The notes: a model not told the origin generated them from the letters alone. Shown: positions 36,992 to 49,500, counted from the first letter of the whole stretch. The stretch: DNA of 63,320 nucleotides, filler included, from Trypethelium eluteriae (GCA_051942245.1; 2 parts of 2 records of this genome joined end to end with filler, not necessarily neighbours in it), one strand, 5' to 3'. Translations and numbers: made by a program.

Positions 36992-39900
36992 ATGAACCAA
37001 CCCAGACGGCCGGGAGCGCCGCCTATCGCTCCCGCCGATGGGTCCAATGATGGCGGACAGATCAAGAAGGGATCGATCAAGGCGGCCAGGGAACGACTGC
37101 AGGCAATGATGGAGGGTGGAGAGGGTATCAGGCGAGAACCACCCCCCAGAATACCTCCCCCAAGACCCACTGGACCTGGCCAACGAGGGCCATTTCAAGG
37201 TGCCGCTTCTACTTCGCAACCACCTGGCAGTCCTCAATGGCCGTTGACGAATGACTTCCTCGAAGATTCTCCGATGGGCAGTCCTCAGAGAGCGCAGGCA
37301 CCCCAAAGACCGCCGAGACCTTCCTACGTACCATCGATACTCGATCCTACCAAACCACGCGACTTCAATGACTATGAGGATGAAGACATCCTGCCACGGC
37401 AGATACCATCGCCGCCACCACCTCGACAACCTCCGAAATCACCATTACGGCAACAAGTGTCTCGGGCAAGCGCGCAGACAGCCTCCACGTTGGATCCTCA
37501 TCGCGCTTATTGGGAAGATGACTTCGCTTCGCCAATATCTACTTCCATGTCGCCAAATACCTCAAGACCCGTTACTACATCCTCTCAATCAACGACATCA
37601 TCACTAGGTACAATACCTGACTTTCCTCAAGCTCCAGTCGTACCTCCTGTACCTCAGCAACCACCTCCGGCACAGCCACCACCGAGGCGCAGTCCTGCTC
37701 TTGGACCACCCCCATCCGCCAGGAGAGGTCCTCACTCGTACTATTCACTTACCTCATATGTCTCGCCTATCGTCGAGGAAACGGAAACAAAGTCAAGGAG
37801 CTCGTATGCATCAAGTACGGCGATGCCCAGCAGCGCTGCGCAGGATTTCTACATCGAAGAAGGTTCTGAGAGTCAGTCAGACGTGGACGGTCCTTATACA
37901 GGCGACGAACGGAGACAAATTAGAATTGGTAATGCAGATGCACAAGCTGGGCTCGTTAGACAAGCAAGTTTGGGAAAGCGTGGTCGGCCAGCTTTAACAA
38001 CAATCAAAAGTGCAGATAATCTTCGCAGCGACCGAGACCTCCTTCCCAGCCAACGATCGCCGAGTCTCACGCCAAAAGAGTCGAGATTCCCAAAGCCACG
38101 TGCTGCCGAATATAGCACTGCAGCAACACTGGGCGCCGCTGCTGCCAGTCTCGATGCGCCCACTTCGGTTGGAAAACGGGCGCAGGGCTCCCTTCCACCG
38201 AGTCAAGGGGGTACGGCTTCTGTCACACCTACAAGCGATCTACTCAGCACCGGCACTGGTTTCATTGATGGCGAATCTTCTGCATCTGATGACGAGAGGA
38301 GCAATCAATTGGAACGGGAATTGACAACACGTGATACAGGAAGACCAGATTCCTCCACGGAACCTAACTGGGCGGATGAGAAGATGCTAGCCAACCAACG
38401 TTCAACGAATGGATTTGAAGGGCAGAAGTCTCCAGTTTCACCAATTGACCCTCGGGTCGCAAAGATACTTGGTGGACTAGAAAGAGGTGGTGCACTAGAT
38501 CCAGACCTCAGAGAGCAGCTCACATCACCAAAACCGCAAGGCAATCTAGGAGATCGAGTTGGAGCCAAGAGACCGCCACGATTGAACGTTGATGCCGTGA
38601 AGGAAGCAGAGTCGCGAGGGAGTCTCTCCAGTTTACCAGAGCTGATTCGTAGAGCCACCAGGCTTGCTTCGAATCTTGAACGGGGCAAGACGGCCAGTCG
38701 TCTTGGTATGGATTTTTGGGAAATGGGAAATGCTGACAAAGGGCGTAACACACCACCATCCGGCAGGAATCGAAGGTCAGGAAGCTCTTTGACAGACATG
38801 CTGTCTGCATTTCCTCCGCCAGGACTCGCAACCCCCCCGCTTGGAAGCGCCAGGAGTCCCAACAACCCCTTTCGTTCTCCTTCGAACTTGAATATCAGCC
38901 AAACGGCAGAGGATCAAGAGGAGACCCCTTCTCAGCAGAAACGGCGGAGAAGATGTTGTGGTATGCCGCTTTGGGTCTTCATCTTAATTATGATAGCTCT
39001 GGTACTGCTTGTGGCTGCCGCGATTATTGTACCTATTGCTCTCATCGTCCTGCCTAAGCAGAACAACAGTGGAAAACCAGCCCCAGGTTCGATTCAGGCG
39101 TGCCAACAGCAGCTGACGTGTCAGAACGGTGGCACGAACGTCGTCTCATCTGGAACATGCAGATGTCTCTGCGTGAATGGCTTTACTGGCAATCAATGCC
39201 AGACACAGTCGCAAGACCCGAGCTGCACAAGCAGCGGCGTCCCTGGTGCAGCTTCCAATGCTACCATAGGTTCCGCAATCCCGCGACTGATATCTGCCGC
39301 CAACACAAACTTCAGTATCCCTCTCGACTCCCAACAAATCCTTCCCCTCTTCACGGCCAACGACTTCAGCTGCTCTTCCGAAAATGCCCTGGTCACCTTC
39401 AACGGCCAGTCTCAGAAGCGATCGCTTGAGACGGACATCGATCAAGAGCCGGTTCTTGAGATCTTCCCTTCGACAACCCACCCATTTGTCTACCCAACCC
39501 AGTTTGCGTCTCTCCAAACAGCTCCCCCATCTCTTCTCCGGCGCCAAGTCTACACCTCCGACGGCATCGTTGTCCAAGGCGGCGCCCCATCCTCCACTCT
39601 CTCGGTCTCTGTCGATCCCAGCGGGACCTCACTCAGCTCCTTCTCCTCTACCTCATCTGCCTCATCTGCCTCCTCTTCTTCAGCCCCGGTCCCTCAGTCC
39701 GATACGTCACCTACAGGCACTGCCAGCGCTACAGCGAGCTCGCCTTCCAGCACTGGTGGCTCCAGCACCAAGAGCACGATGGAAGACTTTGCGCGCGTCG
39801 CTGTCTTGTTCGTGCTGCAGAATACGACGCAGCTGAGCGCGGCGACAACGGCGAGCGACAACATGGCGTCGTTCTTTCAGGGCGGCTCTCAAGAGGCTGG

Positions 39901-39994
39901 TGGCAACGTGACGTTGGGGAATGGGTTCAGCGCGAATTTGATGAGTGGGATTCTGGCGTTGCCGAATGGAATCCGGATTGGAGGGAAGCTCTAG
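36992..39994 (+). CDS. Type II membrane protein: Pro/Ser-rich cytoplasmic region, single TM, EGF-like domain, S/T-rich extracellular region
   Basis: 1000-aa intronless ORF. RRRRCCGMPLW precedes TM VFILIMIALVLLVAAAIIVPIALIVL. EGF-like CQQQLTCQNGGTNVVSSGTCRCLCVNGFTGNQC; several NxS/T sequons after the TM. Confidence 0.88.
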   Translation: MNQPRRPGAPPIAPADGSNDGGQIKKGSIKAARERLQAMMEGGEGIRREPPPRIPPPRPTGPGQRGPFQGAASTSQPPGSPQWPLTNDFLEDSPMGSPQRAQAPQRPPRPSYVPSILDPTKPRDFNDYEDEDILPRQIPSPPPPRQPPKSPLRQQVSRASAQTASTLDPHRAYWEDDFASPISTSMSPNTSRPVTTSSQSTTSSLGTIPDFPQAPVVPPVPQQPPPAQPPPRRSPALGPPPSARRGPHSYYSLTSYVSPIVEETETKSRSSYASSTAMPSSAAQDFYIEEGSESQSDVDGPYTGDERRQIRIGNADAQAGLVRQASLGKRGRPALTTIKSADNLRSDRDLLPSQRSPSLTPKESRFPKPRAAEYSTAATLGAAAASLDAPTSVGKRAQGSLPPSQGGTASVTPTSDLLSTGTGFIDGESSASDDERSNQLERELTTRDTGRPDSSTEPNWADEKMLANQRSTNGFEGQKSPVSPIDPRVAKILGGLERGGALDPDLREQLTSPKPQGNLGDRVGAKRPPRLNVDAVKEAESRGSLSSLPELIRRATRLASNLERGKTASRLGMDFWEMGNADKGRNTPPSGRNRRSGSSLTDMLSAFPPPGLATPPLGSARSPNNPFRSPSNLNISQTAEDQEETPSQQKRRRRCCGMPLWVFILIMIALVLLVAAAIIVPIALIVLPKQNNSGKPAPGSIQACQQQLTCQNGGTNVVSSGTCRCLCVNGFTGNQCQTQSQDPSCTSSGVPGAASNATIGSAIPRLISAANTNFSIPLDSQQILPLFTANDFSCSSENALVTFNGQSQKRSLETDIDQEPVLEIFPSTTHPFVYPTQFASLQTAPPSLLRRQVYTSDGIVVQGGAPSSTLSVSVDPSGTSLSSFSSTSSASSASSSSAPVPQSDTSPTGTASATASSPSSTGGSSTKSTMEDFARVAVLFVLQNTTQLSAATTASDNMASFFQGGSQEAGGNVTLGNGFSANLMSGILALPNGIRIGGKL

Positions 39995-40892
39995 AGGAGG
40001 CCGTTCCGCTCCGTGGCACGAGGGGACATGTCGCATCTGTCCCGTTCATTTCCGTTCACATACTTTCTTGGCTACCTTTTTCTCTTTTGCCTTCCAAAGG
40101 CGCGAAGAGATGGATGTGGAAACCTTCTCCCTGTACATTTTCGTGTACCAACTGCTATCACGTCTTTTCTTGCATTTCTTCTTGATATCCCCTTTGCCTC
40201 ATACCTAGGCAGTTCTTCACATTACTTACCATTACCGTTATCATTGGGCCGGTGTTTGGAGGCGAAGCAATCTCTCCGGAATCACTATATCTAATGGCGG
40301 ACACGTGTTCGGAAGATCGATTAAATGCGATTGCATAATGCGTACAGGAGGGGTGCGAAACTTGTTTAGATTTTGTACGAAAAATTTCTCGCGTTTCCAT
40401 GCTAGGCACGACGGCAGGTTATACGTCGGCGCGACAACTCAGCGTGGTTTTTCATGTGCATAGCGAATAGTAGTAGCCTCTTTTCGATAATGGAAAACAT
40501 TTTAAAAATCGGCCTTGAGTAGAACGCCTGATCGAGAAGGCATACAATTAGTAGGCAATGATGGTGAGGTGTTGTTGATTTTGATGTGATCATCCCTTAT
40601 GAGAGTCCTGGAGTTGGCTACTGTTAAGTGCGACCTGTAGACGGACGGAGTAGAAGAGATCTTCAGAATTTTGATTGTGTTGATCAGGGGTTTTAGGAAG
40701 TCGTAGCCTGCGACCGTGGTGAAAGCTGAGGCCTCAGCTAACAACTGCATAATCTGCATCAAAAATGCTGGCCGAAAGCATGGCAGGCTGCAGCGCGGCG
40801 CCATTATTCTTGGCTGATCGCTTCTAGCTAAGGATATCTATGACTATATATTGCAATCTATGCATTTTCGTTGAATGATCGGTCAAGATACA

Positions 40893-40975
40893 TCGGATAT
40901 GGTGTATCGGCTAGCATCGTCCGCTTTCAAGTCATTGTTGCCGGACAGAGCCGGGTTCGACTCCCGGTATCCGAA
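40893..40975 (+). tRNA. tRNA-Glu (anticodon TTC) with 11-nt intron (40930-40940)
   Basis: Acceptor stem TCGGATA/TATCCGA, D-arm TGGTGTATCGGCTAGCATC, anticodon stem GTCCG/CGGAC with loop CT-TTC-A^C, T-arm CCGGGTTCGACTCCCGG. Confidence 0.95.
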
Positions 40976-40991
40976 ATTCTTAATTACAATC

Positions 40992-41013
40992 TTTTTTTCT
41001 TTTTCTTTTTTTT
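40992..41013 (+). terminator. Pol III oligo(T) terminator of tRNA-Glu
   Basis: T-runs start about 17 nt after the tRNA 3' end. Confidence 0.7.
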
Positions 41014-42898
41014 AGTTTTTGGAAGCTTTCTCCCACCGTCGCTGAACGCAGTGTCATTAGCGAGACTCTACAATTACTGCAATTATTACAATCAGTTGAA
41101 GGCTGTGCGAAGCTATATTTGATGGAGTTCTCTGTAGACAATCTTGCAACGTCGCCACTTGCTCTACAGGACTTCCAGCAACTGAACAACAAAAAGCACG
41201 ACTGATATAGACGGCTTCGCTTCGCATGAAAATTGGGGGGTTCCCACAAGTAGGTAAAGATCATATATTTCTTGTACGCAGACGAAGCCCAACCATCTAC
41301 AATAGCTTTAAGAATTCCTATCGCAAGTTGCTCCGCCGGTCCGGTATGTTATGAAAGAGACTCTTTTCAGAGGTTGGGACTTCCGTTTCTCTCATCAAAC
41401 CCATGTTTCCTTCGAAACATTTGTATCCTTACCCGTAGCCTCCACTCCCATGAAAGCCACCTTACCTAAGAGACCCACGTCCACTAAACCCTGATCTTTA
41501 CTCTCAAATGAACAAGCTCTCTTGTCCCTGTTCCCAGTGCAGATCTTCGCTGTCTGTTCAGCAAAGCGAATGTATTATAGTTCTATACAAATTTCCTACA
41601 CACCTCACCGCTCAAGTCTCGTTACATCTCTATTATATACCTCCGCTGATAGCTGTCAATCATGCTTTCCTTGATAAGTTTCCTCATCTCTCTTACCCTC
41701 GTCCCTACAGCCGTGACTGCTTGGAAAGCCTAGTGCAGTACTAAATGGTAGCTTTTCTTCGTTCGGCCCCATGGGCGTAAGGACGACAGGCGCGACAAAC
41801 ATGGCCGAACTGGACGTAGAATAATGCTTGTGCCCGCTGGGGTACCAAGAGCAGCATGGTGAACCTGGCATTTTCAAGGGTACGGATCAGTGAAAATGAC
41901 TGATCACTGTTACCCGTTTGCGATTGCATGGAATTCGAAAACAAGGCCGGCACAAGCTTTGGACCACATGGATAACAGAGAGCCCAGAACAATACCAGGT
42001 ACTACGTGACTGATATTGCTATCGATCTACTCTATGTGGAATTCAAACCGATAGGGTTTTCCAAAAATATGGATCAAGATTCAATTACTGACCTACTCTG
42101 GTTTTCCAAGAAGACAGGATGCTCTCTAAACCACCAGAGGAGCAGAACTAGTAGTGGCCGCTGTTACGTTATTCCACAAATTTCTCTTGCTTGGCTGTAT
42201 CATTCTCATTATTGAACGCATAGACACAAGCACCATACTCAAAAGGACCTCAAATTGTAGTTCTCGTGCCGCTGGATGTAGTCTTGAGGATTATTTTGTT
42301 GCCATCGTTACAGACCAGCAGATGAAACAGTGACCACAATATGGAAGTTCAACGATTGTTGCTCGATATCTCGTATGCTTACTAGTTCGGTTGACTTCAG
42401 TTCCCGCGCTAACAGTGTGTATCTTGTGTCTTAATGAGTCATTGCGATTGTCTAAAGCAATGTATCATCCCCTTATGCCAGCTGCAAGTACGCTGCGCGA
42501 TGAGTTGGAAAGACCAAACAGATACGGATGATCTCCGCATCCGTTTGTACATAGCAAACAGCATGTGTCGGTGATTAGCACCCACAGCTAGGGTAGAGTA
42601 GGTGTATAAAGATCCTCGCCTCCGTAGCTAAGTCTACGCGCCTTCATCACCGACTATACAACTTCAGCCAGCCAGAGAGAGTTCAGCAGGAGGCTCCTCT
42701 GAATAAGGCTCCTCCCAATCTGCCTGAGTACACAACAATTCCACCTTTAGTCTCGAGCTCTCAAGCATCAGAGCCATCCATTCTCAATTTCTGACCACAC
42801 GAACGTATGCCAAGTACCCAGTTTATCCAGAATCTAGGCTAAGCACAACAAGTTCACTGACACTCACAGAATTAATTCGACGTTAGGCATTGCTCGAC

Positions 42899-43573
42899 AT
42901 GGCTGCTCCTTCATCGGCTTCAGCTATCATTTCCACTGTGTTGGAACTTGAGGCTTTCCTTCGCTCATTGCCCTCGTCTAAAACAATCTATCTGGACCTT
43001 GAAGGAGAAAGCCTCAGCCGGCACGGGACTCTTTCTCTCATTACTCTTCTCATTCATCCACAAGAGGAAGTGCGAGTGATCGACGTCTTAGCTCTTGGAG
43101 CATCGACATTCACAGTAGCATCAAATGACGGCACTACTTTGAAGTCGATTCTGGAAGCTCCGGATATACCTAAGTATGTTTGGGACGTACGAAACGACGC
43201 AGATGCGCTGTGGGCGCATTACAACGTTGGTCTTGCGGGTGTTACGGATCTTCAGCTTCTCGAGAATGTGTCTCGCGCTGGTGACAAGACCTATGTCCGT
43301 GGGCTTGATACGTGTGTCAAATATGACCTGGTGCTTGGGTGGCTCGAGAAGCGTGATTGGCTTCGGACGAAAGAGGAGCTCAGGAGCCTCATGCCTACCG
43401 GCATCTTTAGTCATCGGCCGATGGACACCAAGACTCTCCAATATTGCGTTAACGACGTTGTTCACCTTCCGAAACTGCATGCTGTCTATTCGAACCGTGC
43501 TGGCAATGATGGACTGCGTATGGTGATTGAGGAAAGCGAGCGCCGCGTGACTGAGGCCCGCTCTCCGGAGTAG
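42899..43573 (+). CDS. DnaQ-like 3'-5' exonuclease (EXD1/Egalitarian-like), C-terminally truncated; possibly an incipient pseudogene
   Basis: ExoI IYLDLEG, ExoII WDVRNDADAL, VTDLQLLE, ExoII/III region FSHRPM..LQYCVNDV. The TAG at 43571 is followed in frame by DPQSPSKKFGPW. Confidence 0.85.
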   Translation: MAAPSSASAIISTVLELEAFLRSLPSSKTIYLDLEGESLSRHGTLSLITLLIHPQEEVRVIDVLALGASTFTVASNDGTTLKSILEAPDIPKYVWDVRNDADALWAHYNVGLAGVTDLQLLENVSRAGDKTYVRGLDTCVKYDLVLGWLEKRDWLRTKEELRSLMPTGIFSHRPMDTKTLQYCVNDVVHLPKLHAVYSNRAGNDGLRMVIEESERRVTEARSPE

Positions 43574-44241
43574 GATCCACAATCGCCATCGAAGAAGTTT
43601 GGGCCCTGGGCTTCGAGAGCATAATAGAGCGGAGAAAGCGGAGAAGAGCGCCTTCAACATTGGATGTCAGGTTTGAAAAGTTGGTACAACAGAGAGAAGA
43701 AGACCTCGCTCAAGACATGTTCAGATACGACGACGTGGACTATCAGGTTTCTGATGACACTGAAGACTGGAACATGTATGCTCATGACGGAGCCATCGAT
43801 TGTTAAGCATTCTATCGTTGTTAGAATAAGTTCTGACTTAATGACTGACAGAATCATGACTTTGATAGCTGCGACTCAAGGTGAAGGTTCACAACGGTAA
43901 AATCGAAACAGGTCCTATGCACAGACAATTTGAAATTACTAAAGTTTATCCGGTCAGAAAATGATATGGTCCGGATACATTACATTTGACCAGGTTGTCA
44001 GCGTCACTTCCTAAGAATAGGTCAAACCCACCAATGCCCATTGAAACTTGAAGGAATGTTTCATTTCCACCCCAAATTAAGACCCATCGCCATGTTCCAA
44101 AAGCCTGACTATGCAGCTGCAGTGAAAGTTTCTAATTCGCCAACGTCGATAGTCATGTTTGAAAGAAGTCGAGCATTGAGAGATCATACCGAACCTGAGC
44201 CACACCAGACTCATCAATGAGCAAGCACAAATAGGCCAGAA

Positions 44242-46047
44242 TCATTGCATGCTCGAATCGCTAGCACCGCTATTTGTCGGATCTAGCGACCAACCATTCC
44301 CCGACGTGTTCGTGCCAGAGAGTAGGAACGTCTGCTGACTCTCCTTACTCTTCTTAGTATTTTCTTCTTCACTCCTCGAGCCAATCAATCCCTTCTCACT
44401 ATGCGACAGCCTATCGTGACGCGGCGTAATGGCATCCCCTTGTGTTGTTACACCAAACGCTCTCCCAAACGTTCCCCAAATCCGATCCATCGCCGAGATC
44501 TTGACGGGTTTGGCAGCAGAGGAGATTTCACGGGGTTTCGTAGGCGGTGCACTCGGAGGCGGTGAAATTTCGTTTGACGTTCGTTTACGATACCAAAAGA
44601 TGTCACGCAACGTAATACGTTTGCGCATGGCGATGAAGTCGCCGTTAGGCGGATTCTGACCCCTTGTAGGTAGGATGGTTCGGTGCCTCATTACGTAGGC
44701 TATGAGTTGGCGGAGCACGGGACAGGAGGCAAAGAACATGCCCATATTGACTTCGATGCAGGACAGGATGCCTGAGATGCATTGTTTGACTGAAGCGCAA
44801 GTAAGCACATGCCTCTCACAAAGGTCAAGATGCAAGGTATTGATTTTACAACAACCCTGTCCAACTCTTCCGAGTACTGAAGTTGGCGGATTTGCCAGTC
44901 AAAGCCATTCGTTGGATGTGCCCCTGGGAGGAGTAGGGATAAAGTGATAGTTCGGAAAACTCTCCACCATCTTTATGGGTGTGAATTGACTCTCAGGGGC
45001 CGAACACAAGTTTGATCTTGATCGGAGAGGGATAGGAACATCGAGAGAAAGCAAAGATGTATTGATTGCTGATATGCAAAGCAACAAAATAGGGACTACG
45101 CGGAAAGAGGGCTTACAGGGCAAATCAGGGCCAAAGGTGGTTTTGTTGGTTGTAGCAGCTCTACTGACGCTGAGTCCTGCTGTGAAAAGTCCCAGAAAGA
45201 AGACTGTATCGAGGATTATTTTCGTTTGTCTTTTCATTTGTAGATCCCAGAGCAAGAACGCGGGGATTAGAGCAGTAGTGATGTCGATAACGCAAGCAAG
45301 GACTGAGTCTAGGATCAATATCTTCGGGGAATAACAGCATAGAAGGGGCCAATGACCTACTTCCGTTCAATTGTTGAGAGGCCAAGAGTAGCGTTTCCGA
45401 CTTGCAATGACTCCCCGGAACTTCCGCGTAGGAGGCACGGAAAGGCGTACACCTGATGCCAAAGGATACGCAGGCAATCAGAGTGATAGCAAAGTTCAAG
45501 AAGAAGGTAAAATAGATAGTACGGCGTTCCCAGATCTTAGTGTATGGCAGCAACCGAAGCGTAAATAGCATTATCGAGGCACGGACGAAAAAATAAGTGA
45601 TAAACGCTCGGAGCCATCCTATGATGGTACTATAACAGAGACGCTTATCAGTATACTGCAGTCAATAAAGGCCTTGCAGGGCTTGCTGTAGATTTCAGGA
45701 GCGTGATGCGTTTGGATGAGGATAACGCACTCTCTTGTAATGAGCTCATAGTCCTCAGGGCTCAGACGACTGGCATGGCGTCCTAAACCATGCTCGACAT
45801 CATAGACATCGAAAACTGCACTAACGATAGTGGAGAGCTATATCGCAGTTAGTGAGATTTTCACAAGAGCTAATGGCTTTTGGAAACTCACAATTGGTAC
45901 AAACATGGCGAAGTCATCAGAGCCAAACGACCGAGTAAGAAAGTAGCGTGTATACAGACGTAATGTAACACCAGAAAAGGCTATGATAGTAGTTACTACG
46001 GATATCGCAGCGTACCACGGCCCTCGGTTAGCATCTTGATCGTTCAT
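44242..46047 (-). CDS. PTH11-like (rhodopsin-domain, non-CFEM) integral membrane protein, multi-exon
   Basis: LRLYTRYFLTRSFGSDD, HGLGRH, FVRASIMLFTLRL, CTPFRASY....HC, DITTALIPAFLLWDLQM, CIEVNMGMFFASCPVLR. Confidence 0.88.
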
Positions 46048-48029
46048 AGTCTGCTTTCCAGAATAGTTCTGACGGCAGTCATGTAGTAAGAAAGCGTGAG
46101 TTTCTTGTTGTGACGGTTGGAGTAGGGACTCTTGAGAGTATATCACTCATCGGATATATCGGGACCAGACCTCGAAGAAGTTAGATATTCTACCGCTGGC
46201 TATACTAGTCACCTACTTCATGTACAGACGTAGCTTTCAACCCGATAAGGGCAGTCCTCAAATAAATCTCCTATATCAAAGACCCGTTCGACGATAAGTG
46301 GCTAGCTGCACATTACTTCAACAAGATGTGGAGAAGCGGCACAATCCAGGCTTATCAGAACGCAGCCCATGAGTGTGGTTGCTCAGTTTCAGCATACGAG
46401 CAGGTGCATGAACCGGCTTCTTGATCGTTGCATACGACTTTGAGATCAGCTTTGTGGTACCAGCTGCCATTCAGAGAGGTTATTTGAAGGTCGCTGCGGT
46501 TGGGAACAGATTTTTCCCGCTTCTGCATGCACATTATTCTCTGTGTAGCGGAGGGCTGGCTTTGATTTCGATGTATCGGATCTAAATTAGTATACAAAGC
46601 AATTCCACGGGTTTGTTACCGTATCGAGCTCGTGGTGGAAGTCCTGCAGCCGCTAAGTCGAGGCGCGATTCAGTGGGTGATTGTAAATTAGGTGGATCAC
46701 CCTATTTCCGGGACCCAGATCGAATGGCGTAGCAACAAGCTGCTGGGGTAAACGCTCTAGCTTGCAACTGAAAAAGACATTATGTCTGTGTTCCTCCAGT
46801 GCGTCATGAACATACTTTATGGGACCGTTGCCGATACTTCTACGCAGCAGATGTTGAAGTGCGATTAACAAAACGGCTCAGCCCTTATCTATCCGCCATC
46901 TAAATCAAGATTAGACCATTGATGGCGCCTGAGTACGGCTCGGGATGCTCCTAGTACGCCAGACTCTGTTGGTGGCTACTGCAGGAGGTAGTGTAGAAAG
47001 CGGGGTTGTATTTCGCGTTGAAATGAATATTGAATGGCATTTGGAGATCTCTGCGGGTAGCTGAGACCTGTTTACTGACTTGGTACTAGTGTATCTCACG
47101 TTCCCAAGCACGGCCATTACGATAGCCAGATCTACCAAGTTTCCGTCAACCCACTCACACTTCGCCCCCCGTTATTGCTCAAAGGTTTGAAAGACCAACA
47201 TCTGGTGAGCTCATCGACATAGGATCAAGATGACTGGACTTAAGCCCACTTATAGAGTCTCGAGGAAATTTTTCGCGAGGTCGCTGGGTCTGTAAATAAC
47301 GACGATATGAGTTGCTTCGCTAGTGCAAACCGGATCGAAGATGCTTTGCAGCAAGACTTTGTTAATTCCAGCCGATCTTTGAACTCAACCTATAAAGCAC
47401 CGAATTCGATGCTCGGGGATAAGGAAAAAGGAAGGTTCTAGTCTATCGATCAAGAAAATCGTGCATCAAATTTCATTGTGCGTCCAGTGGAGTACTGTTT
47501 CGCCAAGCTACCTAGATGCTAAAGCGAATCTGCGTCATTTGGTACAGTGTGGCTTAGCAAGCGCATTCTATAAGCGAACAAGCCAATCGTCATTTGCTTT
47601 CATCACACACAGCTCCAAGAAGCAGTAGCGGTGCAGAAAATGCATCTTGGATCCGATACTAGGCTACAGCATGAGGCAAAGCACCCTGAATGACCACCAC
47701 AAACTGCAACCAGTTGGTGTTGCCGAAGAAGCTTCACCTCAGACAAATATGCTTATTGATGGCACCCACACGACATTACTATACTAGCATAAGCCCATTG
47801 TCTGGTACTATACCGCGTCAACTTGGGAGACAGTGCATCGTTGGATAATCATACACAGTTGGGTGGCTTGTGCTCGCCAAATTTTTGGGGATTAGACTCT
47901 TCTTTTGTCACTTGGGTGACTGTGGAAAAGCTTCAAAAGGGATCTGGATATGGTCATCTACGAACTACTCTCCTCGCAGCAGTACTCATCTTGAGCAATA
48001 AATTCCAATGGCTTCCTCTTTCTAGCATG

Positions 48030-49500
48030 TAGTGATTTCCTGTAAATGTCAATAGTCACCAGGCTTGATATAAGAGTGTACTTAGTTTCTTCTCGCGACT
48101 CCGCGCCACGCCAATCCCAAGAACATTGACTCCACAAAGAGGCAGTCTCTAGTCCGAACTTGCAAACCCCCAACTCCACTACCTGGACTTTCCGTGTCGG
48201 GCCTCCGATCGGATTCCCTGTCAACACCACAAGACTGATAATAGAGAGGAATATACCCTGGCGCATGCCGATGTGTTCCAGGGGCGAAATCTGAGCGACG
48301 CAAGCGGTGCAAGAGAAATGAAGGACCTCGAGGAGAAGCCGTAGAGGGCGGTATACGTGATAAAGCAGCTTGGCCTGCAGGGAGCCAGAGGGCAAAAGTT
48401 AAGATAGCGAAGGAAAAGGAGAGGAAGAAAGGGCTTTAGCGACCAACACAGTCGCGAATGTAGCCAGTGAGAACGCAGCCAGAGAGACTGTAGAAGGTTT
48501 GGGATCGGTATCCGTAAAAGGAGGCCCACCAGTGAAAGAAGCTCCAAGTCGTTTAAGCTGTTCTCCCGCTGATGCTCCATCCTCGTTCCTTTCCCGATGT
48601 CCTTCCTAATGATGATGTAAAAGCGACGCCGCAGCTGCCTAGAATCATGCAGGACTCATATCGAGAATCGAGAAAATGGTAAATCAAGATGATGGTTTAG
48701 CATACCTTGTGTCATTGAGAATCGCCACAAGATGACTCGCTAGTTCTGGCCTCATTTTTGCCGTTACCTCGGCCTAGGTAAACATATGATTAAGTAAGAC
48801 AAACATACCGACGAAGTGTTTGAAAGAGCCGAGCGTGACTATCAGGAAATTAATCTCGTGTAGTAGCATCACAAACTGAATTAGCGAGAACGATTTAGGG
48901 ACGGGCGGGACACGAGATCTGACTAGGAACTGCGCAACAAGACAGAGTGCCGGCATGAGAAAGGCGACAGCACGCAATGTCTCTTAGAAACAAATACGAG
49001 GAATGAGACGCTGCAGCTTGATGAGAAGGATAACACCACGAATGTCAGCACCATTGACGATGGTGTTCATGGCAAGGGCGTGTCATTTGTCGAACCATGT
49101 TGTCGCAGCGTTCAGGGTTTCGGCCCCGCAATCCCAGAGCATCAGCATCGCTGAGTACATGAGCGTCCTCGCGAGACAGAATACAGAGCTCACCGGCTTA
49201 AAAAAGAAAACTGGCGCCCAGAGGACTACATACTCCCTGAGTTAGCAGGATCTGGTAGTGCTGTTTGCCCAACGAAATCGTCATGACGCCAAAGATATGT
49301 AGAATAAGTTCCATAAGAATGATACAAAAGGGCCCGGTATTGTCATAGACACTGCCACGAGAATACCACTGGAGAACATGGCAGACGTCTCGAGCGAGGG
49401 GATCCAAGCAAGCGTAGAGGAAGGGTAGGAGGAGAGAGAGCGTTTTTTGTAGTGGGTCTGGAAGACGCCGATACCTGATACAGCCGTCGCAAAGTCAATT
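48030..49500 (-). pseudogene. MFS monocarboxylate-transporter (MCH-like) pseudogene
   Basis: YDNTGPFC...HIFGVMTISLGKQHYQILLTQGVCSPLGAS, WFDK*HALA (TGA 49083-85), GF-like ICF*ETLRAVAF (TAA 48984-86), ACVAQISPLEHIGMRQG, LTGNPIGG. Multiple stops and frameshifts. Confidence 0.85.

Noticed and set aside
41272..42215. Possible gene remnant downstream of the tRNA
   Set aside because: No recognisable motif in the frames examined.
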